Positions 16,930-27,219 of a stretch of 34,766 bases of DNA are shown here, one piece after another. The translations under genes and the position numbers were made by a program. Numbering within the stretch: the first letter of the stretch is position 1; every line of letters starts with the position of its first letter. The stretch covers positions 1 to 34,766 of IMG/VR virus record IMGVR_UViG_3300022183_000025. One strand, given 5' to 3'. The DNA is from a virus. Its lineage: Duplodnaviria > Caudoviricetes. The notes under the pieces are model-generated. The model did no database searches. It worked only from the letters and a program-made list of their open reading frames with translations, and was not told where the DNA came from.

Positions 16930-18639
16930 TTATATCTTGCCTATTTTTTTCTTTCCTTGTTCTGTTCCCATTAAATATTGATCTGCATATCCATATCCAT
17001 AACCTTCATCAAGTATTATAGCTTCTAATGTGCTAGGATCTTTTATTTTGCCGTTTTCAAATTTAACAAAATCTGGGTTAAAACCTCCATATTCTCGCGG
17101 CACTGTAGTAGGGTTAATACTACCATCCATTTCAAATGTATACACTTTATTAGGTGATAATGAAAGTTGGCCACTAGTTATAGCGTTGTTAAGTACTCCA
17201 TTAACACCACCGTATTTTGCTTTTATATCTGCTCCATTCATGTAAATAATATCTTTACCTGTAGATTTAACAGATCTTCCTGCATTCATTCCATCTGCAA
17301 ACTGTTTTGAAACTTGCTCTGAAGTAGAAGCATTAGCGAATAAATTGCGAACTGATTTTGCGCGATCTGTATATGTATCATATTCTTCTGATGCTGTAGT
17401 TAATGTAGCTTGATTGTAACCACCTGTAACTTTATCAATTACTTCTTTTTCTTGTATAGCTTCTACTTTCTGTAAGTCACCATATATTTGACTGTATTTA
17501 GTTGCTAAACCTTTTACAGCTAAATCCATTTGGTATTTTTTAAATTCAGTTCTTGATATACTTTTATCACCATCTGTGTTTATCTCTTTAGCCTTTTCGC
17601 TTGACAATTCTTTTGTATACTTTTCCCAATCCTCATCATTTACTTCTGTTATAGACCAAGGTGCATTTAAAGATTCTTCTTCACTAATTAAGCCTGATTG
17701 ACGCATTGTAGCATATGTTTGAAAAAAGCTTGAAGCGTTACTATTTATATCATCTGTCAGAGCTTTATATATATCACTATTTTCATCTTCAGCTGCTGCC
17801 ATTATTTCATTACCTTTTACGGTTACTTTAGTTTTCCATGTACCGTCTTTTTGGTCTTTAAATTCAATTTTTTCTTTAAAATTGTCAAATAGATTTTCTC
17901 TCTTGTTAGTAGTATAAGTAGAATTAGACCAATTACCTATAGCATTTTCAGATTTTATAACGTAGTGGTTTAAATCTCTACCATCTTTCATAAATGCAGC
18001 GTTTTGTGCAGTTACATTTCTTGTTTGAACAACACCATCTCTATCTTTATAAGTAAATTCTACCGTCCCGTTTTTCAAGGTTTCAAAACTTACATCTGTT
18101 GCTTTATTGGTCGAAAGATTTTGTGCGTCAGATATTCGGTTTTGAGCTAGATAATTAGCATCATCACTTAGAGTACCAATACTATTTGCACCAGATAAAT
18201 TTGTATTCCTCGCGGATAGTGACCATGCTTTTTGATCACTTGTGCTTGTTTGACTAAATGTACCTATACCTTTTACATCTATATCTGATGCTAGTTTTAG
18301 CTGATTAGATTCCTTTTTCATCTGTGCATTACCACCAGAACTATAAGCATCAATTTGCTTATTACTTATAGCGCTTGCTTGAGTACGTCCCCAACTCTCA
18401 ATAGCGTTGTTGACGTCTGTATTAGCGTTCGTGGCTGACTCAGCTACAGTTTTTTCAAAAGAATAAGAATCTTCTAAAGCTTTAGCTTCTGCCGCTTCGT
18501 CTTTCTTTTTCTTTTCAGCTAGTCTAGCTCCCATGTTTTTCATAGACTCTGAAAGACTAGAGGTAAGACTTGATATAGATTGTGTTACCTGCCCAGGTAA
18601 AGCACTTAATTTGTATTGAGGTAAGTTAGGTTGTGCCAT
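16930..18639 (-). CDS. Putative ejected/internal virion protein
   Basis: 569-aa ORF with a helical N-terminus, located between the small pilot-like protein and the giant protein. Function is inferred from position only. Confidence 0.55.
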   Translation of the reverse strand: MAQPNLPQYKLSALPGQVTQSISSLTSSLSESMKNMGARLAEKKKKDEAAEAKALEDSYSFEKTVAESATNANTDVNNAIESWGRTQASAISNKQIDAYSSGGNAQMKKESNQLKLASDIDVKGIGTFSQTSTSDQKAWSLSARNTNLSGANSIGTLSDDANYLAQNRISDAQNLSTNKATDVSFETLKNGTVEFTYKDRDGVVQTRNVTAQNAAFMKDGRDLNHYVIKSENAIGNWSNSTYTTNKRENLFDNFKEKIEFKDQKDGTWKTKVTVKGNEIMAAAEDENSDIYKALTDDINSNASSFFQTYATMRQSGLISEEESLNAPWSITEVNDEDWEKYTKELSSEKAKEINTDGDKSISRTEFKKYQMDLAVKGLATKYSQIYGDLQKVEAIQEKEVIDKVTGGYNQATLTTASEEYDTYTDRAKSVRNLFANASTSEQVSKQFADGMNAGRSVKSTGKDIIYMNGADIKAKYGGVNGVLNNAITSGQLSLSPNKVYTFEMDGSINPTTVPREYGGFNPDFVKFENGKIKDPSTLEAIILDEGYGYGYADQYLMGTEQGKKKIGKI

Positions 18640-18655
18640 ATTTATTTACTTTTTT

Positions 18656-19309
18656 TTATCCAAATGCTCCTGATCCAGCTGCTGATCCAGCTACACTTGC
18701 TGAACCAGTTACTGCTCCTAAAAACGCAGCGGAAGAAGCATCTTCATAAGCTTGTTGTTGATTTCTAAAATAGTCTGCTTCACTTTGTAATCTATTTATG
18801 TCAAACACTTCTCTTTCTTCTTGTATAGCAAATGCTCTTTCTTCTGCTTGTAATGCGCTTTGATCTAGAGCTATACGCTGCTGTTGTAATTGAGCTGCTC
18901 CTTGAGCTTGTAATTTTTGATTAGCCGCCTCTTGTTTTTGTATATCAGCAGATATACTTCTTTTTGATTCAGAAGCTGCTCTAGCTAAAGCTGTTGCTGA
19001 AGCTGAACCACCTGAAGACGTCATACCTTCCACCATGTTTGCTAAAGCTAAATCGGTTTGTTCCATTTGTATTTTAGCTGATTCTGTTGCGACTCCAAGA
19101 TTAGCGTATTGATTTGTTAATTGAGATTTTAAAGCTCTAATATCGTCAGCTGTGTTTATTACGTCTTGTCTTCCAGCTATTGCAGCTTCAACTGCTTGTG
19201 CTGATTGAGAAACGTCTGTTTCCATATCGTTAGCTTTGCCTTGCATGATTACGCCACCTACTATACCTGCCACTGCTGGTGCTGCTACTGCTGCTACTAA
19301 TTGCCACAT
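18656..19309 (-). CDS. Putative DNA ejection/pilot protein
   Basis: Hydrophobic Ala/Gly-rich N- and C-termini flank an A/Q-rich coiled coil, as is typical of small podovirus ejection proteins. It directly follows the tail genes. Confidence 0.6.
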   Translation of the reverse strand: MWQLVAAVAAPAVAGIVGGVIMQGKANDMETDVSQSAQAVEAAIAGRQDVINTADDIRALKSQLTNQYANLGVATESAKIQMEQTDLALANMVEGMTSSGGSASATALARAASESKRSISADIQKQEAANQKLQAQGAAQLQQQRIALDQSALQAEERAFAIQEEREVFDINRLQSEADYFRNQQQAYEDASSAAFLGAVTGSASVAGSAAGSGAFG

Positions 19310-19318
19310 AATTTTATT

Positions 19319-21010
19319 TTAAGATGATTGTATAAATTTTGAACCTACTGACCATAATTCTTTAGCTCCTCCTGGATCAGTTGTTTCGTCTGTTTGCATT
19401 AAAACATTTAATGTATATCCTTTTAAGCCAGAAGAAGTATTGCTAAATAATACTTGGCCGTTTTGTACTAATGATGAGTTTTTTATATTAGCTACATACA
19501 AGTTTTCTTTTCTATTGAAGCCAGCTCGCATAGGATAACCGCTAATAGGATCTGTATAAAGTCCTTCGTTATAACTATATATCACACCTGATCCGTCACT
19601 ATTTACTTCATTTGGAGCAATATCTACACTAGTAGTGTCAGTAGACATTAACCTAACATACCAACCGTTATTACCTTCGTAATTTAATGTTTGAAACACT
19701 TTCTTCATAGAAGGAGAAGCATTTATAATAAACTGTATTGAACTCGGGTTTCTTTGATTATAAAACGTATTGTAGTTTTTATCAAGAGTATTTCTATAAT
19801 GTAAATATAAAGAATGATCAATTGTAGAATAGTAATTACCTTTTAGACTAAACATAAATGAAGGTTTGTAAGTAAAAAAACTTACCCAACCTTTCACAGA
19901 CTCATCAAAAGACAATGTAGCATAATCAGTACTACTATTTATATAAGTAGGAGTAGGCTGTAATGAAATCGTATAGTACCTACTATGGTTATCCCACCCA
20001 CCTAATATTCTTGTTTTATAATTATAACTGAAAAGCCCTACTGCAGGAGGTATTATAGCACTATCGACTGTTAAGGTATATCTACCAGCTGGACTACCTA
20101 GTACAGGTGTTATAGAAGTAACAATTGTATTTAAATCTATTATGTTGCCACTATCTGATTCATATACTTTACTACCTATTAATACATCACAAAATTCATC
20201 TACCATAATTTCAAAAGTAGACTCTGCAGTAAGTGGCGGTTCATCAACAGTAAAATCAATAAACTTTTCTCTAATGTTATTATCTAATGCGGTTAAATTG
20301 TCTCTAAAATAATCTTTCATACCATACTCAGATATTTCAGTCAAACCATCGCGAGACAATCTCATTACCGTTGCTCTAACAGGATCTACAAAGTACTTTC
20401 TAAAACCAAATTGAGCAAATGATTCTGGGTTTTTACCTATACCATATCTACCTAAATAAGGAACTACTTGACCAATTACTAAATTTTGCGTACTTACGGG
20501 TTGTCCTTGACCTTCTGCTGAATATATAGCATCTTTATCTATTAAAGCTTGACTTACTTTATCTTCTTGGAATATGGTTAAGTTTGTTTCTTCGGCAAAT
20601 AACTTTTGTATACTACCGTAAGACGGATCTAATGATTTTGTAATTGGTTCACCAACAGAAAATACATTAGTTTGATTAATATCAGTTCTTGAATTATAAA
20701 CGCCAGAGTATATAAGAGAAGCTTGTCTAATGTCTTGGTCTGGCGATTCTTCATTTAGATAAGCTCTAACGCCCTGTGAAACCATTGAGTTATTAAAACC
20801 ACCTTTAATTCTAGCTTCTTCAATATAGAAATTAGCTGATGATGCTGTGTCTACAACTGCAGCATCTATTGGAAAAGCTGGTTGGCCAAAAGGATTCCAA
20901 GGTAACCCAGGCCAAACCGGCTGTGAAGATGTACCTACAGGCGTTCTACTTCTTTCAGCTTTTTTCATCATGAAAGAATTGTAATACTTTACATCTATTA
21001 TGGTTGCCAT
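19319..21010 (-). CDS. Tail stabilisation/muzzle-like protein, C-terminal part
   Basis: Beta-rich, with motifs YGSIQKL, YGIGKNPESFA, YFVD...VMRLSRDGLTEISEYGM, GGWD and FDESVKGWVSF that I recall from crAss-like stabilisation proteins. Confidence 0.7.
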   Translation of the reverse strand: MATIIDVKYYNSFMMKKAERSRTPVGTSSQPVWPGLPWNPFGQPAFPIDAAVVDTASSANFYIEEARIKGGFNNSMVSQGVRAYLNEESPDQDIRQASLIYSGVYNSRTDINQTNVFSVGEPITKSLDPSYGSIQKLFAEETNLTIFQEDKVSQALIDKDAIYSAEGQGQPVSTQNLVIGQVVPYLGRYGIGKNPESFAQFGFRKYFVDPVRATVMRLSRDGLTEISEYGMKDYFRDNLTALDNNIREKFIDFTVDEPPLTAESTFEIMVDEFCDVLIGSKVYESDSGNIIDLNTIVTSITPVLGSPAGRYTLTVDSAIIPPAVGLFSYNYKTRILGGWDNHSRYYTISLQPTPTYINSSTDYATLSFDESVKGWVSFFTYKPSFMFSLKGNYYSTIDHSLYLHYRNTLDKNYNTFYNQRNPSSIQFIINASPSMKKVFQTLNYEGNNGWYVRLMSTDTTSVDIAPNEVNSDGSGVIYSYNEGLYTDPISGYPMRAGFNRKENLYVANIKNSSLVQNGQVLFSNTSSGLKGYTLNVLMQTDETTDPGGAKELWSVGSKFIQSS

Positions 21011-21012
21011 AT

Positions 21013-24000
21013 TTATGTTCTTGTTAAAGTTAAATCAATAGTAAGTGTTGGGGAACTAGGTGATAAACCACTACCAGACCTATCAACTGCCTGTAAAATT
21101 ATCTCAAACTGTACAAAATTAATAAGTTGCCATGTTTGAACACCAGTTTGATAAGTTACCTCTTCAGTTCCTAAATCAAGTAAACCACCAGGTACTTCTT
21201 CAGTGACATCTACAGAAAGCCATCCTGTGAGCCCTTTACTATCAATCATACATGTTGGTGAAATTATTACATTATTACCACTGTAGCTAGCTTGAAGAGT
21301 GTTTGGATTAGATACAATAGAAAATAAGCTATTTTTATACTCCCCAAATTTCTTAATTTGCCACGACTCTGGATTTCCTGAAGTTATGTAACCTACAGGC
21401 CATTCAACTATAGTTTGACCAGGAGCCAGGTATTGTGGCGCTGGCGCGTTTTCACCGTCAATGCATATAGCGCTTATCAACTCCCATTGTATTTCTTCAT
21501 TTTGTAATGTTGCATCTCCACTACCATTAATACATTGAAAACCATTTAGATTTGGATCAACTGAATTTTTTGGGAAAATATCTCTGGTGCCAAGTGATCC
21601 AGGTAGGATAAAAACCATTGTTGGATTGTTGTAAAATCCAGTATAAGTAGGTCTTACATTAGTTATAGATTCACCTGAGAATGTTTGATTTATAGTGGTG
21701 CTTCCATTATCTAAAGCTAAAGTGAAATCAAATGTAGTTAAAGAGCTATCTTGACCAACATATGAAGCCCAATTAGACTTTGTTAAAACTTCAAAGCCTC
21801 CATTACCATTATCTGATAAAGTAAATTCTGACGTTCTATCATTTTGCTGACCATCTAAAACGCTTATTAAAGAACCGGTGATATTAGGTGATGTTACAGG
21901 ATCGTTTGCGTTATCAATTAATGTAATAACACTACTAACAGTGTTAACACCTACCTCAGCTTCAGTTAAACTAAAATTAAATGGAGATAGTCTAACAGGG
22001 AATGTAGCTGGTAAACCACTAGCTATTGCATTGTTTAACTCACTAACTAGACCAGAACTAGTTGTCTCGTAATATATGTCTAATAGTGATTCAAAAGGCT
22101 GAGTTTCTGCTACAGATAAATAAGGAGCAAAACCATGTTGTTCTGAAACACCAATGCCAGTTGACGTACTTAATATGCCTATTAATGGATTATTGCTTGA
22201 ATTATAAATTACACCTGGAGGTCCAAATGTTATAACGTCTGGTGAAGGAGTGCCATCGACTTCAACGGGTTGGCTAAGAACAACTACTGAGTTAGAACCG
22301 TCAGCATAATAAGCTTTAACATATATACCATCACCAGTGAAATATTTTTCAACTCCACCGTCATCTATAATACTTATGACAGCTAAACCAGGTTGTATGT
22401 TTTCGTTAAAACCATCTAGATCAACTGTTTCACTCCCAGGTGCTGGGATACTGGTACGAACAGTAGCTGTTGTTTTAAATAGATTTATACCAAGATCAGA
22501 TAATTCAGATATTTGAGTTACTTTTTCTATGTCAGTTCCAGGGTAAAATTGAGCACTAGCCCATGAAGGATCTTCAAAGTTTGAAACTCTTAAAGATAGT
22601 TCAGTACTAGAATTGTAATTGGTTTGAGATGGTCCTACTTCTCTTAAATCCTTAGGAACTTTATTTATGTTATCAGCAAATAAACTAACTGTTGCTTCTA
22701 CAGAGCTATCAGCGCCGTCTTTATTTATAGTTCCATTTACAATGCCCGGCAAGTATACATTATAATAATCTTGTTCTGTTTGTTTTACTACTATTTTATA
22801 ACTGTACCATCCAATTAAGTTTGGTTTTATTAAAGGATTATAAACAAAAGTAGCAGAAGTTGCACCTCCCGTTATCGTGATAACATCTCCTCTAACATAA
22901 CCGGTTCCAGGAGTGTTGATAGTTACTTCTTCTAGAAAACCTGCTCCACAATTACAGTTAACGATATCAACAGTTAAACCAGTTCCTGCACCACTTGTAG
23001 TAGTAGCTACGTCAGTTGCGTTAGCATATCCTCCGCCAGGAAATAAATCAGATATAGGACTAGGATTTGTATCAGTAAATAGACCGGGATATCCTACTTG
23101 ACCAGTTGATTCTGGAATTTGAGCATTAAACTTTACTTGCAACGCATCTCCAGGCCATGAGTCAGCACCACCTATAGTTACAATATTGTTTTCAGAAAAA
23201 CCTAATGTCTTATATCCATGATATATAGTAGAACCGCTAAACGTAACAGCGGAAGTGGAAGTTTCTTGATCTAAAGAGGAAAGTATAACATCTGAGGTTC
23301 TACCGTATCTATCCACTAAAACAATACCTACTTGATAATTTCTATTTTGTTTTAACGTATGATTTTGATATTCTTTCCTAATAGCGTCGTCATTTTCATC
23401 TCTTTTCTGGTTAGCAGCAACTTCATAATTTAATGTTCTAACAGATGTATATCCATCTACATAGTTACCATATACTACTCTATTTCCAGTAATTTCTTGA
23501 GTAAGAGCTTTTATTGGTACTCTATCGCTAACTCTAGTTATTTCATTTTCTGGTAATGTTTTTGAAGGTCTACGTGATTGATAAGAATAAGAAAGTACAT
23601 TATCATCTAATGCTGCAAATTTGTCTAATGATATAGTATCAAGTACTTTTAACACGTTTTCGTTATCGTCCTTGTATATTATTTCTATTGATTCTACATG
23701 CATTTGAGAATTTAAGCTACTAAAGTTTTCTACATCACTTAAAAATGAAGGACAAGGTATTAATAGTTCTACGTCTGTGACTTTATTTTGAAAAAACTCT
23801 ACATCTGTATCTTCGTAAGCTTTAACAGTATCTAATATTGTGTCAGAAGTTCCGTCAGGAAGTGTATGTTCTTTGCTTAAAAAGTAACCGTCTTGTTGAG
23901 GTATAAAGCATGCTTGTGTAAATGGAGATATTAATGAGTATTCATTGTCATCAAATTTAAATCTATACGCAAATCTTACAAATTTATCTTTTAAATATTG

Positions 24001-25185
24001 ACAATCACCAGGCCAATTAGCATTGTAATCGGGGTTAAGACCTAACTCTATTATTGACACGTTACTAACAGTGTCTACTGCGCCTCCATTTGGCCAGGTT
24101 AAAGTTATGGTCCCGCCAGAAGTACCGCTAGTGCCTTGCACTTTACATAAATAGGGTGTACCATCACCACTAGTTAACTTTGCTAATGCTCCTGTCCAAT
24201 CTAAGTCATTTAAATCTAAGTTTGTATTTTCACCCGCGTTTACGTTAAACGCAACACCTTTGGTTAGAGTAGTAGTTATAGTAGCCGGAAAAGAGTTGTA
24301 AGCGGGAAGAAACTCAGTGCAAGTGTCTTTCATGGTTGTTTGAGACTCAACTGTTATTGTTATTTCTGCTTCACCAATTCTAGGAGCTATTTCAATAACA
24401 TCTCCGTCTTCATATCCAAAACCTTGATTAACTATTTCTAAACCTGTTAATTGCCCAATAGTTGGACCTATAGATACTGCGCTAGTTATTCTAACAGTTA
24501 AACCTGTTCCCGATCCTCCAGCTGTAGGAACTACTTCATTTAAATAATTATTATAAGAACTATCTCCAATTCCACCTGGATTACTTATAGAATAATCTAC
24601 TATATAATCCTTTAATAAAGATATAGGTTCAAAAGGATAATATTTAGCAACGTTTATTTGATCGTCATTAGTATAGTAAGATGGATTAGGTAATCTACCA
24701 GGATTAGCTTTATTTATGTTTATTTTTCTAGGTTGATTACGGTTGTCTGTCCAAAATAAAAGATCTTCTAAAAGATTTATATTTTCAATATAATGAGTTA
24801 ATGAAAAATTTAAAAATTTACCTTCAACAAGTTTTACTTTTTCCTCGGTTTCTATGTTATATCTCCATATATTACATATAGCTTCGTCAGAAGGATAAGA
24901 GCTTAATCTATCTGTAGATGTGTCTATGAAGTTAGTTAAAAATAAATATATATCTTTACCTTGTTCATCAACAAAGTAACCAAGTATTTCAACATTACAA
25001 TCTTCTATATTTAAATCAGTCTCTATTATATTGCCTAATACCGTTTGTAACGTTCCTACATCCGAACCTTCAGATTGACTTACGGATACATTAATAGCTT
25101 CTCTATATTCACCATTAGGTAAAAGTCTAGCGTCCAAATCTCTATTCATTTTGGACTTTATAAAAGTGTTCTTGCTTTCAGCCAT
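21013..25185 (-). CDS. Tail stabilisation/muzzle-like protein, N-terminal part with inserted beta domains
   Basis: N-terminus KMNRDLDARLLPNGEYREAIN, then LLFWTDNRNQPRKIN, RFAYRFKFDDNEYS and GNRVVYGNY. Confidence 0.7.
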   Translation of the reverse strand: MAESKNTFIKSKMNRDLDARLLPNGEYREAINVSVSQSEGSDVGTLQTVLGNIIETDLNIEDCNVEILGYFVDEQGKDIYLFLTNFIDTSTDRLSSYPSDEAICNIWRYNIETEEKVKLVEGKFLNFSLTHYIENINLLEDLLFWTDNRNQPRKININKANPGRLPNPSYYTNDDQINVAKYYPFEPISLLKDYIVDYSISNPGGIGDSSYNNYLNEVVPTAGGSGTGLTVRITSAVSIGPTIGQLTGLEIVNQGFGYEDGDVIEIAPRIGEAEITITVESQTTMKDTCTEFLPAYNSFPATITTTLTKGVAFNVNAGENTNLDLNDLDWTGALAKLTSGDGTPYLCKVQGTSGTSGGTITLTWPNGGAVDTVSNVSIIELGLNPDYNANWPGDCQYLKDKFVRFAYRFKFDDNEYSLISPFTQACFIPQQDGYFLSKEHTLPDGTSDTILDTVKAYEDTDVEFFQNKVTDVELLIPCPSFLSDVENFSSLNSQMHVESIEIIYKDDNENVLKVLDTISLDKFAALDDNVLSYSYQSRRPSKTLPENEITRVSDRVPIKALTQEITGNRVVYGNYVDGYTSVRTLNYEVAANQKRDENDDAIRKEYQNHTLKQNRNYQVGIVLVDRYGRTSDVILSSLDQETSTSAVTFSGSTIYHGYKTLGFSENNIVTIGGADSWPGDALQVKFNAQIPESTGQVGYPGLFTDTNPSPISDLFPGGGYANATDVATTTSGAGTGLTVDIVNCNCGAGFLEEVTINTPGTGYVRGDVITITGGATSATFVYNPLIKPNLIGWYSYKIVVKQTEQDYYNVYLPGIVNGTINKDGADSSVEATVSLFADNINKVPKDLREVGPSQTNYNSSTELSLRVSNFEDPSWASAQFYPGTDIEKVTQISELSDLGINLFKTTATVRTSIPAPGSETVDLDGFNENIQPGLAVISIIDDGGVEKYFTGDGIYVKAYYADGSNSVVVLSQPVEVDGTPSPDVITFGPPGVIYNSSNNPLIGILSTSTGIGVSEQHGFAPYLSVAETQPFESLLDIYYETTSSGLVSELNNAIASGLPATFPVRLSPFNFSLTEAEVGVNTVSSVITLIDNANDPVTSPNITGSLISVLDGQQNDRTSEFTLSDNGNGGFEVLTKSNWASYVGQDSSLTTFDFTLALDNGSTTINQTFSGESITNVRPTYTGFYNNPTMVFILPGSLGTRDIFPKNSVDPNLNGFQCINGSGDATLQNEEIQWELISAICIDGENAPAPQYLAPGQTIVEWPVGYITSGNPESWQIKKFGEYKNSLFSIVSNPNTLQASYSGNNVIISPTCMIDSKGLTGWLSVDVTEEVPGGLLDLGTEEVTYQTGVQTWQLINFVQFEIILQAVDRSGSGLSPSSPTLTIDLTLTRT

Positions 25186-25187
25186 GT

Positions 25188-26363
25188 TTAATGTTTAAGC
25201 CATTTAGATTTCCCTCTCATTACTTGTACAAATTCATCTAACTTAATATTGCTTAGTCTTATTTTAGCATTTCTAAGAGCTGCATATCTATCTTTTTTGT
25301 ATCTTTGTACTATATACTCTGGTACGTTTCTTCTTACTGAGGTTAAGCTATATAATATATGTTTATACATAGCTTCTTCAGCCATTTTAGGAACTTTAGT
25401 ATCTTCATCATATCCTAAACCATCTGATATATATTCTAATACTATAACTCTTTGAGAAAGGTTACTGCTAAAAGAAAACATACCTGTTCTTTCATTTATA
25501 GTATACCAACCATTTGCTTGTGCATACTCAGGTTTTTGACCATATAGTCTTCCATACCAGTCTAAAGTAGGATAATATCCCCAATAATCTCCCCAAGGAT
25601 ATTGCTCCCAGTTTTGTTCAAAATTCCATTGTTGATTTTTCCATCTATCTTCCGTTATAGATAAATTAGCTTCTAAATTATTTTCACTATTATCTTGTAT
25701 AGGTATACCGCCAGTGTCTTGTATAGGTAATTCTGTAGGATTAGTAGTTAGTGTAGTTGGGTATATAATTCTTCTAACACCACCATCGTCAATCCATGAT
25801 AAGCGTACATAGTTTACATAATCTTGCGGTATAGGTACAGATAAGCTAGGTGGAATAGTTAATTCTTGAGACTTAACACTTCTTAGTGTGTCGTATGAAA
25901 ACTCTTGCAAACCTCTTTTAGCATGAAATAGCACATCACTCCTTCTAACCCTTGTTATCACATTGTCAGGTCCAACATACGCAGCTAAAAAATTATTTAT
26001 AATATCACTTAATGGTACATACTCATAACTACCATAGTTTGACTGTACGGCAAAATCCTTTAACTGACACATCATAAAACCACCACTATAATATCCCAAT
26101 GTCAATACTCTAGTTCCATCAGCGTCTATAACTTTTAAAGTACTATCGTCTACTAACACAGGTGGTGTTCCAAAACTTGCTATGTAATATAGTTCAAAAT
26201 TAGAAGTAGAATTAGCTATTGTGCCGTTTGGAGCAAGCCTGCTTTGTAACTTAGTATTAAAATCGTTAAATACAAAATCATTTTGACCTGGTGATCCCGT
26301 CGACACTGCCACTATATGTTGACCAGAGTAATATTGTGCGTTAGTTTCTTTTATTAGTCCCAT
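25188..26363 (-). CDS. Tail ring/adaptor structural protein
   Basis: Motifs VLFHAKRGLQEFSYD, IPQDYVNYVR, LEYISDG and RNAKIRLSN. Located between the head genes and the stabilisation gene. Confidence 0.6.
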   Translation of the reverse strand: MGLIKETNAQYYSGQHIVAVSTGSPGQNDFVFNDFNTKLQSRLAPNGTIANSTSNFELYYIASFGTPPVLVDDSTLKVIDADGTRVLTLGYYSGGFMMCQLKDFAVQSNYGSYEYVPLSDIINNFLAAYVGPDNVITRVRRSDVLFHAKRGLQEFSYDTLRSVKSQELTIPPSLSVPIPQDYVNYVRLSWIDDGGVRRIIYPTTLTTNPTELPIQDTGGIPIQDNSENNLEANLSITEDRWKNQQWNFEQNWEQYPWGDYWGYYPTLDWYGRLYGQKPEYAQANGWYTINERTGMFSFSSNLSQRVIVLEYISDGLGYDEDTKVPKMAEEAMYKHILYSLTSVRRNVPEYIVQRYKKDRYAALRNAKIRLSNIKLDEFVQVMRGKSKWLKH

Positions 26364-26366
26364 TTA

Positions 26367-27161
26367 TCAAGATTTTTCATTTACTTCTTCTTGTTGTATC
26401 TTTTGTGATGCTATTTGCACTATTTGTGGATCTCTTATAACTACACCAGCGTAAAATAATATATTAACAACTAATTCAGTATATTCACTATTATCTAATT
26501 CAAAATCTACAGATCCAGTAGATGGTACAACTGTGCCTGACGTTCCGGCAGGTGCATAATTAAATTCTCCTAAAGTACCAACTGTATAGGCCCAAACAGG
26601 ATCCTCTGGTTTTTTAATATAACTTATTTCTATAGGAGTTTCACCCGATGTTGTAGCTAATTGTGGAGTTGTTTTTATTTTATTCTCCTCATATAAATAT
26701 ACAGGATATTCTTTGGTGGGAGCTGCTAAAGTAGATCTTCTTAGCAAGTTGAACTCGTGTCTAGTAACTGGTTGAGCTTCTATATAGTCATTGTTATATG
26801 AAACAGCAGCAGTTAGTGGAGTCCATGTTGTATAGGTTTGAGATGGCCTATATGTTACCTCATTTAATCTGTAAAGATTTATTGGTATTTCAAAGTAATC
26901 ACCACTTACATTATAAGTAGGAAAAGTGGATGTTCTGAAATACTCTATTTTCTTTTCTATTTCGGCTAGTCTATCAGCGTAGTCTACTTCAGTTTGTGGA
27001 ACTCTAGATTGTTGAGTAAGATCTTGAAAATATCTTTCAAATATCTCTCTTTGTACTTGAGTTCCTATTTTGTTAAACTCAAACGGTGTCATATATCCTC
27101 TTTGTTCTTTATTTAGGATCGTTAACACTGTTTGGTATACGCTGTTTACGTCTACTGCCAT
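26367..27161 (-). CDS. Head-tail ring/adaptor structural protein
   Basis: N-terminus VYQTVLTILNKEQRGYMTPFEFN, then YIKKPEDPVW and DFEL; position in the morphogenesis operon. Confidence 0.6.
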   Translation of the reverse strand: MAVDVNSVYQTVLTILNKEQRGYMTPFEFNKIGTQVQREIFERYFQDLTQQSRVPQTEVDYADRLAEIEKKIEYFRTSTFPTYNVSGDYFEIPINLYRLNEVTYRPSQTYTTWTPLTAAVSYNNDYIEAQPVTRHEFNLLRRSTLAAPTKEYPVYLYEENKIKTTPQLATTSGETPIEISYIKKPEDPVWAYTVGTLGEFNYAPAGTSGTVVPSTGSVDFELDNSEYTELVVNILFYAGVVIRDPQIVQIASQKIQQEEVNEKS

Positions 27162-27173
27162 TATAAATATTTT

Positions 27174-27201
27174 AAAAAAGAGGTCGCCAATCGCGACCCC
27201 T
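27174..27201 (-). terminator. Intrinsic terminator after the 253-aa gene
   Basis: On the - strand AGGGGTCGC-GATTG-GCGACCTCT is followed by a T-tract; the stem has one G-U pair. Confidence 0.75.
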
Positions 27202-27219
27202 AATGATTATAATCACTTA

